From: an uncultured Spirochaetales bacterium
GTDB taxonomy: Bacteria > Spirochaetota > Spirochaetia > JABMQR01
Reading direction: 5' to 3'
Assembly (NCBI GenBank): GCA_964567895.1
Contig: CAZMOX010000002.1
Location: forward strand, 6,307 to 70,306
DNA length: 64,000 nucleotides
Numbering within the stretch: the first letter of the stretch is position 1; each line of letters opens with the position of its first letter. The notes beneath the pieces were generated by a model. It worked only from the letters and a program-made list of their open reading frames with translations, had not been told where the DNA came from and did no database searches. Below are positions 1 to 10,013 of this stretch, piece by piece. The translations under genes were made by a program, and so were the position numbers.

Positions 1-288
1 GTTATTTCCTTTATTAATACCGGAAATTACCACATCCGGGACAACAGGCACCGCACCTTTTAATGCAAAAAGAATGCAGTCAGCCGGAGTACCGCTGCAG
101 GTAAAAGTTTGTTCATCAACAGCAGTAAAAACAACTGATTTATAAATAGTAATGCCATGAGAAGATGCACTCCGTTCAGTATCAGGCGCTGATATCCAAA
201 CGGTATGTTCTTTCCTCAGAGTTTCAGCGAGGAGTGTTAAGCCGTTACTGTCGATTCCATCATCATTTGTGAGTAGTATATTCATAAT
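1..288 (-). CDS. surE: 5'/3'-nucleotidase SurE, N-terminal part (gene runs off window start)
   Basis: Reverse-strand translation from ATG at 286-288 gives MNILLTNDDGIDSNGLTLLAETLRKEHTVWISAPDTERSASSHGITI..., the classic SurE N-terminus (LLTNDDGI, metal-binding DD). Not in the ORF track because it is truncated by the window edge. Confidence 0.8.
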   Translation of the reverse strand, partial: MMNILLTNDDGIDSNGLTLLAETLRKEHTVWISAPDTERSASSHGITIYKSVVFTAVDEQTFTCSGTPADCILFALKGAVPVVPDVVISGINKGNN

Positions 289-299
289 TTATATATATT

Positions 300-398
300 T
301 AAGGGAGACAGGAAACGGGAGGCGGGAGGCAGGAAGAGAGAAAAATAAGATTTCAAACTCGTTTTTTCCCGGTCTCCGGTTTCCTGTCTCCTGTCTCC
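300..398. repeat. Long imperfect inverted repeat / stem-loop between galK stop and surE start. One arm is G-rich (GGGAGACAGGAAACGGGAGGCGGGAGGCAGG).
   Basis: ggagacaggaaac at ~307-319 pairs with gtttcctgtctcc at ~378-390. The inner arms (gggaggcggga / tcccggtctcc) are partly complementary. Confidence 0.5.
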
Positions 399-1547
399 CT
401 ATTTCACCATCGCCCGGTCTGCCGGCTTATAAATAAACCAGTCCGGGTGAAACCCGAAGATATGTTCATATTCCTCCAGCCTATCGGTATATTTCTCAAT
501 TTTCTCCGCCTGCATAAGGGTTACTGTGCATCCTCCAAATCCGGGACCAATCATTTTTGATCCATAACACCCGGAAGCTTCCATGGCCCGTTTCGTCAGC
601 CAGTCAACCTCCGGACAGGAAACCTCAAAGAGATCCCTGAGTCCGGTCTGCATTCGGTTCATGGCTTTACCATACGCCGGAGCATCTTTTTGTTCAAGTA
701 CATGAGCAGCATCTTTCGTCAATCTGCTCTCTTCAAGAATGTAATAACAAAACTTCTTTTGATCCTCAGGGAGGTACTCCGATGCACTTTTCACTTCAGA
801 TGAAGTAAGTTCACGAAGAAATCCCGATCCATCCGGAAGTTTTTCCTTGATTGCTGCGAATCCGATGTGGCATGCTTCCTCACGATACATCACATCCTCA
901 CGGATTGAAAATGGGGGAATATCACTTTCAGTAATAAGAAACACCTCTTCCTTTAACTGGCAGGGGATATAGGAATAGTCAAGAGAATGAAGATCAAACA
1001 GAAGAAGATGATCTTTCCTGGCATAGAGCATAGTCATAATATCGACCAGTCGTGATTTTGCCTGCATAAAAGCAGTTTCGGCAAAATATATTGATTGGAT
1101 AAGTTGTGTATCATCAATGTCAAAATCATGCAGTTTTTTCACAGAGAGTGCAGCAGCTGTGCAGAGGGCCGTTGAAGACTTGAGTCCTACCTTCTGGGGA
1201 ATGGAACCCTTAACGGTTATATTCAAGCCTTTAAAGACATAGTTTCTACGAAATATTTCGTGCAGGACTCCTTTAATATAGTTTGCCCAGCGATCCTCCC
1301 GTCTGAATTTAAGGTTAGGAATGGTAGTTCTTTTGCGTTCATCAAAATCAGCAGAGTAAAACCGTAGAGAGTTATCCCGTCTTTTTGATACCGCAATTTC
1401 AACTGTCTGATCCAATGCCCCGGATAATGTATAACCATCACATAAATCCGAGTACTCTCCCATAAGAGTTACTACTCCGGGAACAGCAACAACAGTCCCG
1501 GGAGATTCATTGTATTCAGCCATGTGCAGCTCAACAATACTGCTCAT
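399..1547 (-). CDS. galK: Galactokinase (GHMP kinase family)
   Basis: N-terminal galactokinase signature (PGVVTLMGEYSDLCDGYTL ~ GRVNLIGEHTDY). GHMP ATP-binding motif PQKVGLKSSTALCTAAAL. 382 aa. Confidence 0.8.
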   Translation of the reverse strand: MSSIVELHMAEYNESPGTVVAVPGVVTLMGEYSDLCDGYTLSGALDQTVEIAVSKRRDNSLRFYSADFDERKRTTIPNLKFRREDRWANYIKGVLHEIFRRNYVFKGLNITVKGSIPQKVGLKSSTALCTAAALSVKKLHDFDIDDTQLIQSIYFAETAFMQAKSRLVDIMTMLYARKDHLLLFDLHSLDYSYIPCQLKEEVFLITESDIPPFSIREDVMYREEACHIGFAAIKEKLPDGSGFLRELTSSEVKSASEYLPEDQKKFCYYILEESRLTKDAAHVLEQKDAPAYGKAMNRMQTGLRDLFEVSCPEVDWLTKRAMEASGCYGSKMIGPGFGGCTVTLMQAEKIEKYTDRLEEYEHIFGFHPDWFIYKPADRAMVK

Positions 1548-1607
1548 TTATTCCCCCATAAGGAATTGTAGGCCAAATAAAGACATATTGCAACTGAAAC
1601 TTAAATT

Positions 1608-1645
1608 TGAAAAAACCCCACACTGTAGTGCAGGGTTTCTTTTGC
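1608..1645 (-). terminator. Rho-independent terminator downstream of rpmE (minus strand)
   Basis: Minus-strand RNA reads CCCUGCAC-uaca-GUGUGGGG followed by UUUUUU (plus strand aaaaaaccccacactgtagtgcaggg). Confidence 0.55.
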
Positions 1646-1709
1646 TGGCTTGCAGCATCATCAGGAATGTTACCTATAGCAGCAGTTTTCAATCCATGTA
1701 ACCATGAAT

Positions 1710-1913
1710 CTATTCCTTAATTCCGTATTTTTTCTTAAATCGTTCAACTCTACCCGCAGTATCTACCAGCTTTTGTTTCCCGGTAAAGAAAGGGTGACAA
1801 GATGAACAAATTTCCACATTCAGATCACCGGCAGTTGACCGGGTTTCGATCACGTTTCCACATACACAAGTAATTGATGCGGTTGCGTATTTGGGATGTA
1901 TTCCCTGTTTCAT
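1710..1913 (-). CDS. rpmE: 50S ribosomal protein L31
   Basis: MKQGIHPKY... with C-x-C ... C-x-x-H zinc-ribbon pattern. 67 aa. Confidence 0.9.
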   Translation of the reverse strand: MKQGIHPKYATASITCVCGNVIETRSTAGDLNVEICSSCHPFFTGKQKLVDTAGRVERFKKKYGIKE

Positions 1914-2051
1914 AATTTCCTCCAGAATCTATATTGTAATCCACAGCTACGGTTGTTTAGTTTCTTACTCCAAAAATCAGAAGTAATTGCACCAGCAATT
2001 ACAAAAGTTTTTACGTAAGTAAATACTTCCTTCACAGCAGATTGGGTGTCG

Positions 2052-4166
2052 TTATTTTCCATTTCCTGTATTCATCGATCTCAGGAACGCTTCATTATTC
2101 TTACTTTTCTTCATCCTGTCAATTAGCATTTCCGTCATTTCAATATCTTCAAGAGAATTCATTGCATTCCGCAGAATCCACATTTTAGATATCTCATTTT
2201 CCTGCAGGAGGAGCTCCTCACGACGAGTACCTGATTTCTTGATATTTATTGCAGGGTAGAGTCTTCTGTCGGCCATTCTTCGATCAAGAACAATTTCATT
2301 ATTACCGGTTCCTTTGAACTCTTCGAAAATCACCTCATCCATTCTTGATCCGGTTTCAATCAGGGCAGTTGCTACTATAGTGAGGCTTCCGCCATGCTCA
2401 ATATTTCTTGCAGCACCAAAAAATCTTTTTGGTTTATGCAGGGCATTTGAGTCGACACCACCGGAGAGAATTTTTCCAGACGTCGGTACTGTCTGGTTAT
2501 AGGCACGGGCCAGACGGGTGATAGAATCCAAAAGAATTACTACATCACGTTTGTGCTCAACTATACGTTTTGCTTTTTCAATAACCATTTCCGCAACTGA
2601 TACATGCCGTGATGCCTGTTCATCAAAGGTGGAGGCAATAACCTCCCCTTTTACATTTCGACGCATGTCGGTTACTTCTTCCGGTCGTTCATCAATCAGC
2701 AGGACAATAAGTTCTACTTCAGGATGATTTTCCGAGATAGAATTTGCAATCTTCTGCAGAAGTACTGTTTTACCTGTTCGCGGCGGTGATACTATCAAAC
2801 CACGTTGTCCCTTTCCAATCGGGGCAAACAGGTTAATAAGTCTGGTAGAGGTATCTCCTTTTGAATTTTCCAGATTCAGCCGTTCATCTGCATAGAGAGG
2901 GGTGAGACTGTCAAATCCGACACGGGTTTGTGCGAAAGCGGGATCATCATTATTGACTGTCTCAACACGCAGCATCGCAAAAAACCTCTCTCCATCTTTT
3001 GGCGGGCGAATTTGTCCAGCTACGGTATCCCCGGTTTTAAGGTTGAAGAGTCTTATTTGTGATGGAGAGATATAGATATCGTCTGATCCGGGAAGATAGC
3101 TGTTCTGCGGAGATCTGAGAAAACCATATCCGTCAGGTAGTATTTCCAATGATCCATAAGCGAAGATAATTCCAGCTGAACGGGTATGCGCTTTTAGAAT
3201 TTCAACAATCACTTCCTGCTTTTTCATAACAAGAAGTGCTTCTACCTGAATTCCCCAATCACTTGCTTTCTCACGTAAATCCGGGACGCTCATAGCTGAT
3301 AAATCATTTATACTCAGCTTTTCACCCTCATGTTCCGAGCTGTACGGAGTAGTCTGAACAGGTTCCGAATATTCACGGGGTGCACGGTTATTAGATCTTT
3401 TATTGTTTGGTTTATTATTATACTTGCTGTTATTACTATTATTTCCACGTGATTGTTTTGATGAGTATTTTGATCCCTGCCGCTGACTCCTGCTATCAGG
3501 TTTATCGTAATTTCTCAACTCAGTCTCACCCATCGGCATTCTTGCTTGTGCTGACAACTCCTCAGTACTTGCTGATGCTGCTGAATTTGAAGGTGCCTGT
3601 TTTTGTGATTTGGCTTCAACGTTATCCCGTCTTTGCGGGGGATGTTTCCGCTGCTGATCTTCTCTCTGTTCCTGACCCTGAGAACGATCGCTTTCACCAT
3701 GCTTGGGGTTAGGTTCTGTCTCTTTGATTTCAGGTCTACTTTCTGCGGGCTTTTCGCTTATAGTCGGAGCAGGTGTTTCAGTTGCTGCAACTTCCGGTTC
3801 AACTTTGTCAAACAACCCTGGATCTTTTGTCTCTTTTCTTGCTCTTCGTTTTCTAGCAGGCGGTTGTGATTTTACCACCGGTTCTTTGATATCAGTTTTA
3901 TCCTGATTTTCAGTTCCTTCGGTAATTTCAACTTTTACACTCCGTTTCGGTCGTTTTTTTGCAACAACTTTCTTTTTTATAGATTCAATCACATCTGCAC
4001 CTTTCGATGGTGTAGTGGTCTCTTTAAGATTACTGATTTTTAGCATTTGAGTCTGTTCTGCAGGTTTTCCTGCGACTACCTCAGCTGCTTCAACCTCATT
4101 CATTTCTGATGACATTAAATGCTCCGTATTTATAATTTTTCCTGTTTGCCTGGATTTTTTCCGCAT
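2052..4166 (-). CDS. rho: Transcription termination factor Rho with ~285-aa low-complexity N-terminal extension
   Basis: C-terminal 420 aa is canonical Rho (N-terminal helix bundle [26 protein letters not shown] fold, Walker [13 protein letters not shown], RecA-like ATPase). Residues ~20-285 are K/E/P/S/N/Q-rich. The true start may be an internal Met such as MSSEMNE. Confidence 0.92.
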   Translation of the reverse strand: MRKKSRQTGKIINTEHLMSSEMNEVEAAEVVAGKPAEQTQMLKISNLKETTTPSKGADVIESIKKKVVAKKRPKRSVKVEITEGTENQDKTDIKEPVVKSQPPARKRRARKETKDPGLFDKVEPEVAATETPAPTISEKPAESRPEIKETEPNPKHGESDRSQGQEQREDQQRKHPPQRRDNVEAKSQKQAPSNSAASASTEELSAQARMPMGETELRNYDKPDSRSQRQGSKYSSKQSRGNNSNNSKYNNKPNNKRSNNRAPREYSEPVQTTPYSSEHEGEKLSINDLSAMSVPDLREKASDWGIQVEALLVMKKQEVIVEILKAHTRSAGIIFAYGSLEILPDGYGFLRSPQNSYLPGSDDIYISPSQIRLFNLKTGDTVAGQIRPPKDGERFFAMLRVETVNNDDPAFAQTRVGFDSLTPLYADERLNLENSKGDTSTRLINLFAPIGKGQRGLIVSPPRTGKTVLLQKIANSISENHPEVELIVLLIDERPEEVTDMRRNVKGEVIASTFDEQASRHVSVAEMVIEKAKRIVEHKRDVVILLDSITRLARAYNQTVPTSGKILSGGVDSNALHKPKRFFGAARNIEHGGSLTIVATALIETGSRMDEVIFEEFKGTGNNEIVLDRRMADRRLYPAINIKKSGTRREELLLQENEISKMWILRNAMNSLEDIEMTEMLIDRMKKSKNNEAFLRSMNTGNGK

Positions 4167-4330
4167 AACATGTACTCGCTAATGTATAATTGCACAGTGA
4201 TGTTTTTTGATTATCCTCGATAGTACTGTATTTAATACACAAATCTGTAAAGATTTTTAGATAGAATTCAATATGTTTTGTTGATTCATTTAGTATATTG
4301 GAAAATTAGTCAATTAGTCAATTTTAAAAA

Positions 4331-4413
4331 TTGACTTCAGAAGTTTTTTGATGAATGATTTAACTTGTTGTATCAATATTACTTATAAATCATCAAAAAA
4401 CTTCAACTTCATA
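4331..4413. repeat. Copy A of an ~80-bp palindromic intergenic element (GAAGTTTTTTGAT ... ATCAAAAAACTTC arms around TTGTATCAA core). Lies upstream of rho.
   Basis: About 85% identical over ~80 bp to 33834-33913. Internal 13-bp inverted repeat with ~45-nt spacer. Confidence 0.8.
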
Positions 4414-4510
4414 TCTTTGATTTGAATCAGGTTTCTCTTTTCAAAGGCTAAAATCAAAGATTACAGCTTAAGAATTTTGAAAACGTCTCTAATGAAACAT
4501 TTCAGGTTCT

Positions 4511-5800
4511 TTAAATATATTGCCACTTGGTTACTATGTCAAGCGGTTCTTTCCCTCTTAAGTAACTATCAAGCAAAAGCATTGCTGCGAGGGAGGCTCG
4601 GCTCCGAACCGAAACCCGGGTATATGCATGAAATTTCATCTTGACTGCGGAAACTTTTCGCCCCCTGGCAGCAAAACCAAACCATACTGTTCCGACAGGC
4701 TTACCAGGTGTTCCCCCCTCAGGTCCGGCTATACCCGAGATGCTGTAAGCTGCATCAACACCCGAAATTTGCAGTATGTGTTCAGCCATAGCGACAACTA
4801 TCTCACGCGAGACGGCACCATACTGATCAATTTTTTCCCGGGGAATTTTGAGAAGATTTTCTTTTGCACTGTTGTGATAGGTTACTGCAGTTCCCCAGAA
4901 ATAGGAGGAACTTCCCGGACTGTCTGTCAAAATTTTTGCGACAAGCCCCCCAGTACAGGATTCAGCACCGGCAATAACCAAATCTTTCTCTTTCAGATTA
5001 GATATTAAAGACTCATACGGCATTACATCACTCGGAAGAACCAGTTCCGGACCAAGGTAGTTTGTGATTTTTTTAAGCATCAATTTTCTTGCCCTACCAT
5101 CATCATCATTATCACTTCTCAAATAGAGGCTGATTCTTAACGGTTGAATTCGTGTACCCCACTCCACTCCCGGTACGGCACACACCCTGCAGGCCTCTTC
5201 CAGTTGAGATTCGGGAACAAGAAATACCGAGACTTCTGTTCTGCCCTTTTCCTGTGCTATATGAAAAATCTGTTTTACCAGGGGCAGTACACGAACAAGG
5301 AACATCTCCTGCATTTCGACAGGCGGTCCGGGCATCGATAGAATAAGGGTGTCTTTTTGCTTACTCTCAGGATCGGAAAGGGTTCCATAAAATCCCGGAG
5401 CTGTTCCTAAAGGATTGGGAATACTGGAAAATCCCTTTGGAAAACGTACCTGACTGAGGTTTGCCTCTCCCGGATCCCTATTCAACCTTTTAATCAGATA
5501 TGCACGGGCAGCTTCATCCTCGACTAAATCCACACCGGCAGCGCGTGCTATAACATTACGGGTAATATCATCCGTAGTAGGCCCGAGGCCTCCGGTGGTA
5601 AGGATAACATCAACATTTCCAATAAGATCACTCAGGACACGGTTAATACCGCTGTCATCGGGTATTATAACTATTTGCTCAACAGAAAAACCTAATGCTG
5701 TCATCTCCGCACTGATAAGTTTGGCATGACCATCCTGAATAACGCCGCGAACCAGTTCAGTCCCGATTATACACACAGCAGCGGTAAGTTTTTGTATCAA
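4511..5800 (-). CDS. cinA: Competence/damage-inducible protein CinA (MoCF-binding domain + CinA C-terminal domain)
   Basis: N-terminal AAVCIIGTELVRG...ILTTGGLGPTTDDIT. C-terminal AESCTGGLVAKILTD. 429 aa. Confidence 0.85.
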   Translation of the reverse strand: MIQKLTAAVCIIGTELVRGVIQDGHAKLISAEMTALGFSVEQIVIIPDDSGINRVLSDLIGNVDVILTTGGLGPTTDDITRNVIARAAGVDLVEDEAARAYLIKRLNRDPGEANLSQVRFPKGFSSIPNPLGTAPGFYGTLSDPESKQKDTLILSMPGPPVEMQEMFLVRVLPLVKQIFHIAQEKGRTEVSVFLVPESQLEEACRVCAVPGVEWGTRIQPLRISLYLRSDNDDDGRARKLMLKKITNYLGPELVLPSDVMPYESLISNLKEKDLVIAGAESCTGGLVAKILTDSPGSSSYFWGTAVTYHNSAKENLLKIPREKIDQYGAVSREIVVAMAEHILQISGVDAAYSISGIAGPEGGTPGKPVGTVWFGFAARGRKVSAVKMKFHAYTRVSVRSRASLAAMLLLDSYLRGKEPLDIVTKWQYI

Positions 5801-7464
5801 TGAGATCTCCTTCCAGCTATTTTACGCACCACAACCCGGATAAATCCGGCAGTAAGCAAGAGGAGCGAGAGCGCAATAAGTACTTTGGGAAACCAGTCGA
5901 TCCAACGTGCATAGAGCGTATCTTTGTAGGTATAAATAGGAGCATCAGGGATCATATATCCAACGGTAAATGGTTCCATAATATCAAGAACTCTTCCTGC
6001 AGGATCTATAACACAGGTCATCCCCGAATTAGTTCCGCGAACTGATGTCCGCCCCACTTCAACACTCCGGAATGCGCCCATCGCCATATGCTGCATCTGC
6101 GCGGAGACCGCACCGGACCAGGAGTCATTAGTCATATTCACCAGAACATCAGCCCCGGTCTGTACAAATTTTGCAGAAAGATCTCCAAAAACATCCTCAA
6201 AGCAGATTGGAGTGGAAAAATTCATACCATCTTCTGTACTGAACACAACAGGGTCGTCCCCAGGTATCCAGTAATGATAATCGTTAGCCAAAAGCAGTGC
6301 ATTAAATCCGGGAAATATATCACCATAAGGAAATCCTTCAGTAAAGGGAACCAGATTCTGCTTCCAGTAAATATCTTTCAGTCCACCATTCTCATAGAGA
6401 ATAACTGCATTATGATCCTCTCTGTTCAGCGAACCGTCACTCAGCACCGGAGGAAGGTCAGGTTTTTCCAGTCTGTTATCATTGTTTCCGGTTAGAAGCG
6501 GAACCGGTAAGTTATTCGCAAAATTCACAAACTCTTCCACTACTGCATAGGAAGCGGGGCTGGTCCGATAGTTTGTATGCCAGTAGACTGAGATAACAAA
6601 TGCGGTTTCCGACCAGATAACAATATCAGGATCTTCAGCTAATGCAAGATTACTTTGATCCATGAGTGTGTGCAGATTTTTTCGCCAATTGACAATTCCA
6701 CCTTCCCATGAATCTGCATTATGCTGGATCAGTGCCGGTCTCCAGACTCTGTCGGGAACTTCATTATTGAGTCTGGATATTGAGATAAATCCGAATAGTA
6801 ACGCAGCTGCAAACAAAACTCCGTAACCGATCCAGATAAATTTGTATGTTTTAATAAATTGTGTAAATTTCTCTCTTTTACCAACAAGCCAATCTGCTAC
6901 ATGCCTTGACAGTATAATCGAAGGAAATACTGTCATGAGGGTAACACCCCAAATCCCAAAGATTGAGGATATCTGGATAAAAGGAATAAAAACATATTGT
7001 GAATATCCGACTATTCCATACGGATACCCGACAAACCCCAAAGTTTTCAGATACTCATACCCTACCCATATTATGAGCTGCAGGAGAAATCCGTATTTGG
7101 GGAAAATCTTGTCTGCGGCTTTCAGGATGGGAAAAAGGATGATCATCTCAGTTCCCATTATTATTGGTGCTATATAGACTGCCAGGGGATGAAAACTGGC
7201 TAACCAGTAGTTAAAGAAAATAAAAAAGATAAATCCGAACAGGAATCCGTAGAATGGAGCTCTAACCCAGCTCGTATTTCTGAGTACGGCAAACATGGGT
7301 ATCAGCGCTATGAATCCGAGGATACCGATTCCCTTGTTTGAGATGAATCCTGGGAACGCTGCTGAAAAGATCAGGGCAGAGAGGATCAATAAAAAGACCT
7401 CAATGACGATTGTCATGAGGCCGCTTCTTCTTTTTCCAATTATATGATAATTCAATTGTTTCAT
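5797..7464 (-). CDS. lnt: Apolipoprotein N-acyltransferase
   Basis: Multi-TM N-terminal region plus C-terminal CN-hydrolase domain. 555 aa. 4-bp overlap with cinA. Confidence 0.8.
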   Translation of the reverse strand: MKQLNYHIIGKRRSGLMTIVIEVFLLILSALIFSAAFPGFISNKGIGILGFIALIPMFAVLRNTSWVRAPFYGFLFGFIFFIFFNYWLASFHPLAVYIAPIIMGTEMIILFPILKAADKIFPKYGFLLQLIIWVGYEYLKTLGFVGYPYGIVGYSQYVFIPFIQISSIFGIWGVTLMTVFPSIILSRHVADWLVGKREKFTQFIKTYKFIWIGYGVLFAAALLFGFISISRLNNEVPDRVWRPALIQHNADSWEGGIVNWRKNLHTLMDQSNLALAEDPDIVIWSETAFVISVYWHTNYRTSPASYAVVEEFVNFANNLPVPLLTGNNDNRLEKPDLPPVLSDGSLNREDHNAVILYENGGLKDIYWKQNLVPFTEGFPYGDIFPGFNALLLANDYHYWIPGDDPVVFSTEDGMNFSTPICFEDVFGDLSAKFVQTGADVLVNMTNDSWSGAVSAQMQHMAMGAFRSVEVGRTSVRGTNSGMTCVIDPAGRVLDIMEPFTVGYMIPDAPIYTYKDTLYARWIDWFPKVLIALSLLLLTAGFIRVVVRKIAGRRSH

Positions 7465-7619
7465 AGGTAATTTCTATTTCTTAATCATGATTCCACTGCA
7501 AGAAGTAAGATTTTTGCAAAGACAATGGAAGCGGAATGTACTACCTGTACATGAGCATTTCGAACATTTTTCTGACGTTGTATTTGCGTAAAGATTGCTT
7601 TTTTCAGTAGAATCAATAT

Positions 7620-7922
7620 TTATTTCCTGAGTTCCCATGCAATATCTTTTAACTCTTTACCAGGCCGAAATACGGAAACACCATGAGTATCCACAGAGAC
7701 AATCTCCCCGGTTTTAGGGTTTCTCGCTTTTTCCCGCCCTTTTCTGGTCTTAATCTCAAAGGTTCCAAATCCCCGTAATTCAATTATACGGTCTTCAGCA
7801 AGCCCTTCCTTAAATTGTAGAAAAACTTCATCAATAATCTGATGAATATCAGAACGATTCAATTCAAGTTTCTCATAAATTCTATCTATTAACTCAGCTT
7901 TTGTTAATTTACGGGATGCCAT
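7620..7922 (-). CDS. hup: HU/IHF-family DNA-binding protein (Hbb-like)
   Basis: RGFGTFEIKTRKGREKARNPKTGEIV arm motif of the bacterial histone-like family. 100 aa. Confidence 0.85.
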   Translation of the reverse strand: MASRKLTKAELIDRIYEKLELNRSDIHQIIDEVFLQFKEGLAEDRIIELRGFGTFEIKTRKGREKARNPKTGEIVSVDTHGVSVFRPGKELKDIAWELRK

Positions 7923-7977
7923 AGTCCCTCCTATATCGGCTTAACTCTTGATTCGAAGAGTGATAGCACTACTTTAA

Positions 7978-8283
7978 TTATTGCATACCGTTAAGCATAG
8001 CGCTTAAACGGGATTTTTTCCTTGCTGTAGTATTCTTGTGATATAAGCCTTTACCCGTGTAAGTATCTATAAGTTTAACTACTGTTCCCAGATCCTGAGC
8101 GGCTTTTTCTTTATCATTTGCCTCAACGGTCTCCTTAAACGTACGAATAGCTGTCCTTACCTGACTTTTTGCTCTCTTATTTCTTGTCCTGTTAGTTTCA
8201 TTTTGTCGTTGACGCTTTCCTGCGGAACCTTTTCCTGCCACGCAATTACCTCCAATAATAACATGAGATTCTTTCAAATTCAC
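7978..8283 (-). CDS. rpsT: 30S ribosomal protein S20. The real start is probably the GTG near 8241 (VAGKGSAGKRQRQ...).
   Basis: KRAKSQVRTAIRTFKETV...ARKKSRLSAML S20 pattern. The first ~14 codons of the ORF-track model look like a spurious extension. Confidence 0.8.
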   Translation of the reverse strand: MNLKESHVIIGGNCVAGKGSAGKRQRQNETNRTRNKRAKSQVRTAIRTFKETVEANDKEKAAQDLGTVVKLIDTYTGKGLYHKNTTARKKSRLSAMLNGMQ

Positions 8284-8657
8284 TATAAATTATTCATTTT
8301 GAATTATTCACAGCCTTATATTTAAGAAAGAATATACTATGATCTTTTTATATTTACATAACAAATCGATTGTATGAAAACATACACCAATTTTACAATC
8401 TGCTTATCGGATGGAAAAATAGCATACTGAATAAAACCTGTCAAGATAATAAATTACCAACCAGGATTCATATAAAATTATCAATTTTGCATGAGCTACC
8501 TATTAGTAAGTTTTTAATGCTCTCATATATACTTGTTATATAAGTAATTAATTAATCTAATCAAAAACTTGAAAAGACAATTTTCACAAAAAATTGAAAA
8601 TTAAAAAAAGTTGTCTCAACCTGCACTATTTTTCGGATTATATAGTACAAAGTCCTC

Positions 8658-9803
8658 TTAAACTGACAGCATCTCTTCAATATACTCTTTATCAACTTCC
8701 CATCGTTTATCCAGCTCATTATAAGATAATTTTTCGAAAGAAACAACCATAAGCCGGCCATCAGGAGATGACAGATAAATCTTTTTTGAAAGAATATTTA
8801 CTTCTGTAATTTTTACCAGATCGTTCTTTATTTTAATCCGGGTTCCTTCCCCTGGCATTCTCTTTTTCTCCTCACGGTAAAAATCATACTCGTAGGAGAG
8901 GCAGCAGAGCAACCGACCACAGGGTCCGGATATCTTCATCGAATTAAGTGAGAGGTTCTGTTCTTTTGCCATCTTTATTGATACTGGATTCAGTTTATCA
9001 GTAATACTGTGGCAACAATAATCACGTCCACACACAGCAAGACCGCCCAGAACTCTAGATTCGTCCCGCACTCCAATCTGCCTTAGCTCTATACGCATTT
9101 TAAAAATAGATACAAGATCTTTTACCAACTCACGGAAATCAATTCTTGTGTCTGCAGTAAAGAAAAAGAGTACTTTTGATTCTCCAAAGAGATAATGTGC
9201 AGAGACAAGCTTCATATCAAGTTTATGCTTTCTTATCTTCTCTTTGCAGACACCTATTGCTTCCAGCTCTTTTTTCCTGTTTCGCTCATAGCGATCAAGA
9301 TCTTTCTCTGATGCAATTCTCTCTATTTTATAGATGTCACTATTTTCCTGTTTCTCTTTTTTTCTTTTCTGCTTCTTATCAGGTCTCTGCCTCTTTTCCT
9401 GCTGGATATTCTTGCCGGATCCCTGATCGTCCGAGCCGGACGTACTTTCATCTTTATCGTCGCCGCATCCGTCACATGAACTGCAGTTTTTATTTCCGTG
9501 CAATTCCCCAAGAATCATTCCGACATCCATTCCATAGCGGGTTGGGAGCACTACCAGGGTTCCGGTTTCCAAAGTTCTATTAAAAACAGCTATACAGGTC
9601 TCATTAGTATTTGGGTTTTTAACTAAATGAATGATCTCTGAAACAACCGGAACAGTTGGAGCAGTATCTCGCTGTTCTCCTGATGCTCCTGCATCTGCCT
9701 TTTCTTCAACAGGCTCTTTTTTTTCCGGCTGAGGTATAATATCCTGAGTATCCATATTTTCCATATATGTCCTGCCGCCGTCTGTTTGCGGCAGCTCCTT
9801 CAC
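8658..9803 (-). CDS. ricT: PSP1 C-terminal domain protein (RicT/YaaT family) with Cys-cluster and Lys-rich insertion
   Basis: Hallmark ISGPCGRLLCCLSYE and AVCGRDYCCHS motifs. Inserted NCSSCDGCGDD and KRQRPDKKQKRKKEKQ segments. Confidence 0.75.
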   Translation of the reverse strand: MKELPQTDGGRTYMENMDTQDIIPQPEKKEPVEEKADAGASGEQRDTAPTVPVVSEIIHLVKNPNTNETCIAVFNRTLETGTLVVLPTRYGMDVGMILGELHGNKNCSSCDGCGDDKDESTSGSDDQGSGKNIQQEKRQRPDKKQKRKKEKQENSDIYKIERIASEKDLDRYERNRKKELEAIGVCKEKIRKHKLDMKLVSAHYLFGESKVLFFFTADTRIDFRELVKDLVSIFKMRIELRQIGVRDESRVLGGLAVCGRDYCCHSITDKLNPVSIKMAKEQNLSLNSMKISGPCGRLLCCLSYEYDFYREEKKRMPGEGTRIKIKNDLVKITEVNILSKKIYLSSPDGRLMVVSFEKLSYNELDKRWEVDKEYIEEMLSV

Positions 9804-10013
9804 AAATAAATTCTATTGAGATATAGTTTAACGTTTTCTATTTGCAGAATTATATATAAGTAAAGCAAAAACTTCAAATCTACGATTGCATTGATCAAGC
9901 TATCATGCTCATAAATAATTGTCAAATACAATTGACGACTGGTAGTAGTACGTGGTATTTTAGATATATGTCAATTTCCGACAGCTAATCTTTGTAAATA
10001 ATGGACAGGTATA

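Noticed and set aside
6088-6495. 135-aa plus-strand ORF inside lnt, and 111-aa ORF at 6842-7177
   Set aside because: Antisense to the Lnt coding region; no recognisable features.
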